This document shows, piece after piece, positions 57,278 through 64,000 of a DNA stretch of 64,000 nt. The notes below the pieces were generated by a model. That model did no database searches. It saw only the letters and a list, made by a program, of their open reading frames with translations, and was not told the DNA's origin. Position 1 is the first letter of the stretch, and the number at the start of each line of letters is the position of its first letter. A program made the position numbers and the translations under genes. Source of the DNA: a virus (lineage: Duplodnaviria; Caudoviricetes); the IMG/VR virus record IMGVR_UViG_3300013121_000017, positions 1 through 64,000 of that record, one strand, 5' to 3'.

Positions 57278-57694
57278 GTGCGTTTCGGAACTTGGCTGGA
57301 GGCTGTTGAGAGGTCACGCACCTTCTACCGTGGCTTCAACCCTGGTGACACCCGGCGAATCAAAACCGGATTTGGCCTCTGGGATTCGTTCTTGTTTGTC
57401 GCCGATAATCCAAAGAGTGCAAGTGCTTACGGCCACACCATCGAGGTCTGGCAGGCCAAACCATCGGCTCACATCGTTTACGAAGGTTCAAAAGAGTTCA
57501 GATCCCTGGCCAAGGGATTGACATCCAAGAAGCTGACCTGGGGCCAGTGGTGCGAAGAGATTGCCAAGCGTGCGGTCGCCGCCGGCAACATTGACGCCTT
57601 GTGGTTTCAGAGGCAGACCGACATCGGTACGGCCATCATCAACAAAGACCAATTCGAGCGTGTCGGTATCTTGGACGACATCAATCGTCTATGA
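57278..57694 (+). CDS. putative ADP-ribosyltransferase-fold protein with a capsid-targeting-like N-terminus
   Basis: Starts MRFGTWLEAVE; FYRG...LFVADNPKSASAYG resembles ART strands 1 and 2. Confidence 0.5.
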   Translation: MRFGTWLEAVERSRTFYRGFNPGDTRRIKTGFGLWDSFLFVADNPKSASAYGHTIEVWQAKPSAHIVYEGSKEFRSLAKGLTSKKLTWGQWCEEIAKRAVAAGNIDALWFQRQTDIGTAIINKDQFERVGILDDINRL

Positions 57695-58250
57695 CAATCT
57701 TCTTGCTGGGAATCGTTTTGTCTAGTGAAGGTCGAGAGGCAGGACTTTTCTCTGCTTTCTCTGCTTTCTCTGCTTTTTCAGAGTTGATCTTGATCCGGTA
57801 GTAGTGAATCTGAATTCCGTCTTCAGGCACGTCAACAGTTCGGTTCAAAGAAACCATAGAACAAGACATCTGGTCGCGACCAAGACACTTGGCAAGAGTT
57901 GATACGGCTCGCCTCTCGCCAACGTCGTTCGCATTCTTGAAGGCACGCTTGAAGTCGCTCTTCTTTGTTTCCGCGTCAACAATCACGGGAACCTCAACGT
58001 AGTTCTCGCCGATCTCTTTGATGGAAAGATCGAAGCTTTTGCCACTGGTCGATTTGTAGCTCCCAGACTGCAAGTTGATCTGGTCTGCCTGCTTGTACAT
58101 CTTTGGCATGGTCGGCATGTCTTGTGCGTGTGCGTCCCCGCCCCCGCCAAACAATGAAGCCATACTCAACAAGCCTGCGCCTACAGAACTACGCCACCCT
58201 TCATCAAACTGTGGGTCGCGTTCTTTGAGCCATTCGTGAAATTGTTTCAT
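57681..58250 (-). CDS. hypothetical protein with a capsid-targeting-like N-terminus
   Basis: Starts MKQFHEWLKERD..FDEGW, followed by a hydrophobic/Gly stretch; AEK three times near the C-terminus. Confidence 0.7.
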   Translation of the reverse strand: MKQFHEWLKERDPQFDEGWRSSVGAGLLSMASLFGGGGDAHAQDMPTMPKMYKQADQINLQSGSYKSTSGKSFDLSIKEIGENYVEVPVIVDAETKKSDFKRAFKNANDVGERRAVSTLAKCLGRDQMSCSMVSLNRTVDVPEDGIQIHYYRIKINSEKAEKAEKAEKSPASRPSLDKTIPSKKIVIDD

Positions 58251-58262
58251 AAAATCACCGTG

Positions 58263-58796
58263 TTAGTTGACCACATTTGCATCTTGAAGTGCCTGGAATA
58301 GCTTGATGAGATGCTTGCACATCCCTGGCATCTCCAGCGGGTTGGCTTTCGGACCACCCTTGCCCTCGTACTTCTTTCGCTTGTTCCCATAAAGGGAAGC
58401 GTCCACCCAGTCGTAGTAGTTGAACCTCCACCGGAAATCGGCACAGTCACAGCGAACCATGACATCATGGCCGTCGTGCTTCAACTGCTCGAATGCGTAT
58501 TGTTTTTCATCGCTGGCAACGATCTCGACCATGCCCGCGCCGGGATCACCATACTTGACGCCCTTGAAGAGAATCATGGGTCGGTACTCAGTACCCTTGT
58601 CTGTGTTCTGGGCAAGGCTGGAGATGAAGAGGGTCTTGACGCCTAAATAAGGAACCCACTCCAAACGCACAATTTTGATCGGATCGGTTGCGTGCTGACG
58701 GTAGCGTGTGCGTGGGAAAGCTTGCACCGTGCTGGTGTACAGTTCGGTGCTGGTGCTTTCAGCCAGCCATTGGCCAAAGTGGAGTTGGTGGTTCAT
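58263..58796 (-). CDS. SWIM-type Zn-finger protein
   Basis: VRCDCADF...NP...PGMCKHL; TAGATA-N5-ATG; HFGQWLAE near the N-terminus. Confidence 0.7.
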   Translation of the reverse strand: MNHQLHFGQWLAESTSTELYTSTVQAFPRTRYRQHATDPIKIVRLEWVPYLGVKTLFISSLAQNTDKGTEYRPMILFKGVKYGDPGAGMVEIVASDEKQYAFEQLKHDGHDVMVRCDCADFRWRFNYYDWVDASLYGNKRKKYEGKGGPKANPLEMPGMCKHLIKLFQALQDANVVN

Positions 58797-58828
58797 CGAA
58801 ATATCTAGTGGCCGTGCTATCTTATGAC

Positions 58829-59362
58829 ATGAAAACACACAAAGAAAACAAGGACGCCGCGTCTGCTTTCATGAAGCGACGTAAGCTGGCGTTTTCCAAA
58901 TTCAAGGAAGAAACCGGATGCTTGAATCCGGGTTGTCTCTGGGATGGGCCATACGAGGCCGAACTTCTCGATTTCCACCATCTCGATCCAGAATCGAAAG
59001 TCGCCGGGATCACCGGCCTACGACATTACGGGAAGAAGCTTGCAAAAGAGATTGCCAAATGCACACTGCTGTGTGCGAACTGTCACAGGCTTCTACACCA
59101 CGGCAAATTGAAACTATCTTCTCTGCCTGCTTGCCAAGAATTCAAAACACCGCCGCGACCGGCGTTCGGCACTGTCGTGGGAAGTGGCTACAAGAGGGGC
59201 GTCCATTCTAAATACAGAGGAGTGACAAAGCACACGACCGGCAAATGGCAAGCTCTGGTCAAAGGAAAATACCTCGGCCTTTTCACAACCGAGGAAGAGG
59301 CCGCAGCAAAGTGCTTCAGCTACTGCCAGGATCTTGCAAGAAAGGACTCCATTAAGCCATGA
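58829..59362 (+). CDS. HNH endonuclease with a C-terminal AP2-like DNA-binding domain
   Basis: LDFHHLDP..K...KC.LLCANCHR..H, then SKYRGV...KWQA...YLGLF.TEEEAA. Confidence 0.88.
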   Translation: MKTHKENKDAASAFMKRRKLAFSKFKEETGCLNPGCLWDGPYEAELLDFHHLDPESKVAGITGLRHYGKKLAKEIAKCTLLCANCHRLLHHGKLKLSSLPACQEFKTPPRPAFGTVVGSGYKRGVHSKYRGVTKHTTGKWQALVKGKYLGLFTTEEEAAAKCFSYCQDLARKDSIKP

Positions 59363-59688
59363 GCGAACTTCTCAACCCGGACGGCACTCCCGTCACCCCG
59401 ACACCACCACCCCTCGACGCCAAGGGAAACCCAAAGAAGCGGTTCGAGGTCAAGATGCGTATGCACCCAGGCGGCGAAATCGAGAAGGCGATCTTCATCG
59501 ACGGCGAGAAGCTGGACTGGTCCATTGACGTTTCCTCATACATGGAGGCGTGCAAGATGGGGCTACAGTTCAAGCTGGCCGTCCAGAAGGACATTGCCCA
59601 GCACTTTATCGATTCTTGCAGCGAGGTCGTCGGCAGACACCTAACTATCGAAGACATCAAAACGGCCATCAAGACTGGGTGGCTATAA
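59359..59688 (+). CDS. hypothetical protein
   Basis: ATGA overlap; 109 aa. Confidence 0.7.
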   Translation: MSELLNPDGTPVTPTPPPLDAKGNPKKRFEVKMRMHPGGEIEKAIFIDGEKLDWSIDVSSYMEACKMGLQFKLAVQKDIAQHFIDSCSEVVGRHLTIEDIKTAIKTGWL

Positions 59689-59706
59689 TGTAAGGGAGGC
59701 ACTCCT

Positions 59707-60996
59707 ATGCTTGACAAAATCCACCCGTCTCAGACGCTGGACATCATTCGCCGCCACACCATCGGCGACGGCTATCCCCTGGTAGTTGACACCAAGAACA
59801 GCCACATGTCATGGTTGGTTGACCACACCGGAAAACGATACTTGGATTGTGTCTCCCAATACGCCAGCCAACCCCTCGGCTGGAACCACCCGGCTCTCTC
59901 GCACATGGACGCTGAAGCAGTCCACGCCATCAAACACAAGATCGCCAACTCTGACTTCTACACCGCCGAGAAGGCGCGATTCATCCGTGACATTCACGAC
60001 ACACTTCAGGACTTCAAATACTTCTTCTTCGTTGAGGGCGGTACGCTCGCCGTCGAGAACGCCCTGAAAGTTGCCTTCGACTGGAAAGCTCAGAAGATGG
60101 GTTGTCACCCCGATGTGACGCCCGACATGGACATCATCCACCTCCAGCATGCTTTCCACGGCAGAGGCGGATACAGCCTGTCGTTGACCAACACCACGCC
60201 CGAGAAGACCCGCTGGTTCCCCAGATTCAACTGGACTCGCATTCCATCACCGGCCATCAATCGCAACCGCAATGATGAAGATGTCAAGACTGTCGAGGAC
60301 ATCGCTCTCGGCATGGCCTGGGAATCGATGACCAAAAAGAACGCCGCCGCCGTCATCATGGAACCAATCCAGGGCGAAGGTGGGGACAACCACTTCACCC
60401 CACGGTTCTTCCGTTCGCTCCGAGAGATGTGTGACGAGACGGACACCCTGCTGATCTTTGATGAGGTCCAGACCGGCCTCGGTCTGACCGGGAAAATGTG
60501 GGCTTACCAGCACTACGGCGTCACTCCCGACATCATCGTCTTCGCGAAGAAAACCCAGGTCGGCGGTATTGCCGCTACCAAACGGATTGACGACGTGGAC
60601 AACGTCTTCAAAGTCAGCAGCCGCATCAACAGCACCTGGGGCGGGAACATCGTGGACATGATCCGGTTCTCGGCCATCAAGAAAGCCATTGACAATTACA
60701 AGCTACTCGACCAAGTCAAAAGGGTCGGAGAAAAGCTGGTAGAGGATCTGAAGAAGTTGCCGGTGATTCAGAATGTGCGCGGCCTCGGGCTGATGATCGC
60801 ATTCGATCTGGAGGACGGTAACCAGCGGGACGAAGTGTTGGCCAAGATGGAAGATCATATCTTGGCATTGAAGTGTGGATCTCGGTCAATCCGACTCAGG
60901 CCGCATTTGTCGTTCGATGAAACCGACGCAGAGATTGCGTGCGGTTTCATCGAACGATCTGTCACATGTAACCGGCCTTCGGTTTTGGCGGCATGA
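59707..60996 (+). CDS. lat: L-lysine 6-aminotransferase-like (class III PLP aminotransferase)
   Basis: FFVEGG.LAVENALK.AFDWK, AFHGR.GY.LSLTNT, EPIQGEGGD, FDEVQTG, F.KKTQV and RINSTWGG motifs. Confidence 0.88.
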   Translation: MLDKIHPSQTLDIIRRHTIGDGYPLVVDTKNSHMSWLVDHTGKRYLDCVSQYASQPLGWNHPALSHMDAEAVHAIKHKIANSDFYTAEKARFIRDIHDTLQDFKYFFFVEGGTLAVENALKVAFDWKAQKMGCHPDVTPDMDIIHLQHAFHGRGGYSLSLTNTTPEKTRWFPRFNWTRIPSPAINRNRNDEDVKTVEDIALGMAWESMTKKNAAAVIMEPIQGEGGDNHFTPRFFRSLREMCDETDTLLIFDEVQTGLGLTGKMWAYQHYGVTPDIIVFAKKTQVGGIAATKRIDDVDNVFKVSSRINSTWGGNIVDMIRFSAIKKAIDNYKLLDQVKRVGEKLVEDLKKLPVIQNVRGLGLMIAFDLEDGNQRDEVLAKMEDHILALKCGSRSIRLRPHLSFDETDAEIACGFIERSVTCNRPSVLAA

Positions 60997-61828
60997 TGCT
61001 CTTCATGAAGGCGTCTTCTTCCTGAGCCTTCAGATCGTAGTATTCGTTGATCGCGTAGCCAATGTACGCACGCCAGTCGTGGTAGTGCTTGGCCCAGGCA
61101 AACTTCTTGTTGTCCTTGCCCGAATTGACGTACCGCTGAATCTCGTCGTGGGCCTGCTGCCAGTGGGCCTTCTTATCCCACCAATCATGGCTGTGAAGGT
61201 TGTCGCCCTTCGAGGCATCTCCACGCTTGTGCGCCATTTCCTTTTGTTTCCCGATGTGGGCGGCACGCATGGCGACCCACTTGTCCCACTCAGGCGTACC
61301 TTCCTGCGGTAGCGACTTCAGCCATGCGGCATGTTCGTCGTCAACGGCTGGATGGTCATCAGAGTGGGTGGTCGGCCTGTTGGCACTGACCACGCCAGGA
61401 GGCGTCTCACGTCTCAACTGCCGGCGGCTCTTGCCAAGATCGGCGATAGACTGGGATACATCCTCTTTGGAGATCTGGTCGATAATCTCTTCCAGGGCGG
61501 TGAGGTGATGTTCCATCGCACTCATCCGCTCGTCAATCGCATCGAACTTCTTGCCGTAGATCTCACGCAGGATGTTGCGAAGCGTAGTCGTCACGTCGGC
61601 ATTTCCAGTTTTCTGGACACCGAGATGCTGCGGTTCAGCAAGTGCTTTCTTGAAGTCGCGGAACAGGTGCAGAATATCTTGACCGGGCTTGGCTATCGCG
61701 GAGAGAAAGCTCTCCATCAGCTTGACGCCCTTCTGGTGAAACTCCGCTGCTTTGCCTGTTTCGTGGACGTAAGAACGCACACTGACCGCCTCGTTGACGG
61801 GATACAGGGTGAAGTTCTTTCTCATCAC
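60962..61828 (-). CDS. hypothetical protein
   Basis: 288 aa, coupled to the upstream gene; AGGAG RBS. Confidence 0.7.
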   Translation of the reverse strand: MMRKNFTLYPVNEAVSVRSYVHETGKAAEFHQKGVKLMESFLSAIAKPGQDILHLFRDFKKALAEPQHLGVQKTGNADVTTTLRNILREIYGKKFDAIDERMSAMEHHLTALEEIIDQISKEDVSQSIADLGKSRRQLRRETPPGVVSANRPTTHSDDHPAVDDEHAAWLKSLPQEGTPEWDKWVAMRAAHIGKQKEMAHKRGDASKGDNLHSHDWWDKKAHWQQAHDEIQRYVNSGKDNKKFAWAKHYHDWRAYIGYAINEYYDLKAQEEDAFMKSIMPPKPKAGYM

Positions 61829-62868
61829 TTTCTCCTCCTGCGGGTTGTCGGAATACCAGCCAAGACAAGTGCATCGGCAAAAAAGTTCTCGCTAATGACA
61901 TTTCCACGACGGTGATAGTGATCCCTGCTGGTATCCATTTCCTTGCGATGTTTGTCGGCAAGATACCTGCCAACCTTTTCCCACTTGGCCTTGTCGTCAG
62001 CAGCCTTGTCGCCGGAAGAAGGATGGGTGTCGAGGATTTTCTTGATTTCTGGATCGTGACCTGCGGCCCCAGTATTAGCTGCATGAATAGCGTCACTGAC
62101 GACCTTGGGATCGGTAGCATCTGGATCACCACCATAACCACCGCCAGTACCACCACCGCCAGTACCACCACCGCCAGTACCACCACCGCCAGTACCACCA
62201 CCGCCAGTACCACCACCGCCAGTACCACCGGCAGTACCGTCATCTTCTTTTGGTATCGGTGCTAGTTCTTCGTCGCCCTTCAGACCAGCCAACTGTCCCT
62301 CAAGCTCCTGAACGTAATTCGGATCTCTCTTGATGGCGTCGGCCACCTGAAGCATCCTAGACTTCTCGCTCAGGTTTTTCATGGTTGACAGGACACCATC
62401 AAGTTCTTTGCTGAACTCATCGTATCCTTCAACACCACTGCCCTTGGTTTGTTGAAGATCCTCGGGGATTTTGATGGTCTTGACGACGCTGGCGACTTTG
62501 GTCATTGACGTAAGTGCCTTGTCGAAGTTCTTGGCCGCGCCACCACCACTGAAAAGATCCTTCAACCAGTCAAGAATGCCGCCATGTGGAACTTCGCCCG
62601 GTGGACGGGCGGCATCTCCCTTGGTAGATGCCGCCGCATCTGTCGCTGGTTTTTCACCTGCGGCAGCAACTGTCGGGCCGGGAACAGCATCCGCCTCCAA
62701 ATAGAATGCTTCGAGGAGCGGCTCATACAGGTGCGGGAAGCGTTCCTCGGCAAAATCCAAAATGAACTTCTGAGGATCTTCAGTCTTACGCGCCAGTTCT
62801 CTGGACACCTCACCTAGTTTGAGGAGCCGGCTGCGATCCGACATGTAAGTTTTGAACTTCAGCATCAT
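61825..62868 (-). CDS. hypothetical protein with a (GGGGT)n linker
   Basis: 347 aa; starts MLKFKTYM; LLE/YLE sites. Confidence 0.7.
   Translation of the reverse strand: MMLKFKTYMSDRSRLLKLGEVSRELARKTEDPQKFILDFAEERFPHLYEPLLEAFYLEADAVPGPTVAAAGEKPATDAAASTKGDAARPPGEVPHGGILDWLKDLFSGGGAAKNFDKALTSMTKVASVVKTIKIPEDLQQTKGSGVEGYDEFSKELDGVLSTMKNLSEKSRMLQVADAIKRDPNYVQELEGQLAGLKGDEELAPIPKEDDGTAGGTGGGGTGGGGTGGGGTGGGGTGGGGTGGGYGGDPDATDPKVVSDAIHAANTGAAGHDPEIKKILDTHPSSGDKAADDKAKWEKVGRYLADKHRKEMDTSRDHYHRRGNVISENFFADALVLAGIPTTRRRRK
62137..62226. repeat. six tandem copies of the 15-nt unit ACCACCGCCAGTACC
   Basis: Directly visible; encodes the Gly/Thr linker on the minus strand. Confidence 0.9.
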
Positions 62869-63728
62869 TCCCCTTCGTCGTGTTCGATCTTTTCCCAGTC
62901 GATGGTCTGCCAGCCCAGTGTGGCGTATGGCAGTCTTGGGAGGCCAGTCTTTGGGTTATGTATGAAACTCAGCGTCTGATTCTCCATCGCATCCCAGGTC
63001 TTGAAAGCCCCGATTGGGATCACCATCGAGATGTTGTTCAACATAGCCGGGAAGCCACGGAACGTCGTGACTTTGATGGCCTGGGTCATGCCAATGACCT
63101 TGTTGTTCTTGTAGAACGTCGGCCCGCCACTATCACCAAAGATAGTAAACACGCTTGTGCGATACACATCGGTTGTATGTTTTCCTACCTTGCCCTTCAG
63201 AGAGGTGACTCGACCCAACTCAAGCCTGGGGTCTTCTCCCATACCACACCCGAAATGGAAGATTTCGTTGCCGATGCAAAGTTTGCGAGCAAAGTCGAGT
63301 TCGACGGTGGGTTGTTTGGTTGGCGTTCGGAACAAGAGGATTGCTAGGTCCATATCCTCATTCTGAGCATAGACGAGCAGTGGGTAGCGATCCCAGGTTT
63401 TGAAGGTGGTTCCGTCCTTCTCGTATACGGCAATGTCGGCGAAGAAGTTCTCGTCGGGGTCGTTGATGCAGTGGCAGCAAGTCAGCGCGACGTTGAAGTA
63501 GTCGTCGCCCATCTTCTCGGATCGAACAACGAAGCCGCTACTCTTTTGAGTTATGCCTGTGTTGGAGACACGAATGGTTGGATAGAGGCATTTTTTGTGA
63601 AGTGCTGCGTCAAAGTCACGTTCAACGTGTGCTTTGACAGGGTGAGTTTTGTTTGCCTGGACGGGAGTAAGCAAAAGCGAACTACCGATACACAGGGTTG
63701 CGAGCAGAATTGGAATGAGTTTTGTCAT
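62865..63728 (-). CDS. trypsin-like serine protease with a signal peptide
   Basis: Hydrophobic N-terminus; SSGFV, LTCCHC, DLAIL and GDSGGP motifs. Confidence 0.92.
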   Translation of the reverse strand: MTKLIPILLATLCIGSSLLLTPVQANKTHPVKAHVERDFDAALHKKCLYPTIRVSNTGITQKSSGFVVRSEKMGDDYFNVALTCCHCINDPDENFFADIAVYEKDGTTFKTWDRYPLLVYAQNEDMDLAILLFRTPTKQPTVELDFARKLCIGNEIFHFGCGMGEDPRLELGRVTSLKGKVGKHTTDVYRTSVFTIFGDSGGPTFYKNNKVIGMTQAIKVTTFRGFPAMLNNISMVIPIGAFKTWDAMENQTLSFIHNPKTGLPRLPYATLGWQTIDWEKIEHDEGE

Positions 63729-63770
63729 GTGTATCTAACGGGGTGAGAATACCAGTTTAGAGGAGGCTTC

Positions 63771-64000
63771 ATGTCCATGCTCGAAGATGCCAAAAAACAG
63801 TTGGACGCAGCTTTTCAATACGCCGAGATCGACGCCGAAAGCTGGGAGAAACTTCAACACCCGCAGAGAACTGTACAAGCTAGTCTCCCGATGAGGCATG
63901 ATGACGGCACTCTGAAAATCTACAAGGCTTTCAGATGCCAGTACGACAACAGTCTTGGGCCGACCAAAGGAGGTATTCGTTACCATCTCGGAGTAGACCG
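63771..64000 (+). CDS. gdhA: Glu/Leu/Phe/Val (probably glutamate) dehydrogenase, 3'-truncated by the window edge
   Basis: Translated by hand from AGGAGG-ATG 63771: ...HPQRTVQASLPMRHDDGTLKIYKAFRCQYDNSLGPTKGGIRYH. Confidence 0.88.
   Translation, partial: MSMLEDAKKQLDAAFQYAEIDAESWEKLQHPQRTVQASLPMRHDDGTLKIYKAFRCQYDNSLGPTKGGIRYHLGVD

Noticed and set aside
61635-62265. (VVLAV)n and (TTTAS)n ORFs that look like membrane or mucin proteins
   Set aside because: Alternative frames of the 15-nt repeat within 61825..62868.
63735-63986. 83-aa minus-strand ORF in the track
   Set aside because: It is the antisense shadow of the plus-strand dehydrogenase starting at 63771, which the track missed because it runs off the window.
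1-64000. CRISPR array, prompted by the Cas4-like gene and the many repeats
   Set aside because: All repeats found are tandem coding repeats without unique spacers, and no cas1 or cas2 is present.
1-64000. tRNA/rRNA genes, reverse transcriptase systems (DGR, retron) and stop-codon reassignment
   Set aside because: No cloverleaf or RT motifs were seen by eye, and core genes are uninterrupted in the standard code with TAA, TGA and TAG all used as stops. A tRNAscan-SE/Infernal run is needed to be certain.

Overview
This window is part of a large T4-like (myovirus/jumbo-type) phage genome that uses the standard genetic code. It holds the head-assembly and DNA-packaging module: terminase large subunit, an intein-containing portal, a putative core protein, gp21-like prohead protease, gp22-like scaffold and gp23-like major capsid. 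It also encodes a primase, a Cas4/RecB-like nuclease, several long repeat-rich fibre proteins and six free-standing endonucleases. Accessory genes include about ten glycan-modifying enzymes, four further proteases, a ferritin-like protein, CYTH, a Rieske protein, lysine 6-aminotransferase and the start of a glutamate dehydrogenase. Two patterns recur across the window. (1) A TAnATA hexamer sits 3-6 nt before the ATG of at least 12 genes, which suggests leaderless late transcription. (2) About 11 otherwise unrelated proteins share an N-terminal M-x(1-5)-F-x-x-[WY]-[LVIM]-x(0-4)-E tag resembling the T4 capsid-targeting sequence; they include a TGT/DpdA-like enzyme, two ADP-ribosyltransferase-like proteins and a C39 peptidase. 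Together these suggest a dispersed, co-regulated set of capsid-packaged cargo enzymes. Other oddities are an ATPase-only terminase paralog next to the portal, an out-of-frame capsid C-terminal fragment behind a possible RBS switch, and a near-pure Asp repeat protein. I found no tRNA, rRNA or CRISPR array. All functional calls are by-eye motif recognition; no searches were run.
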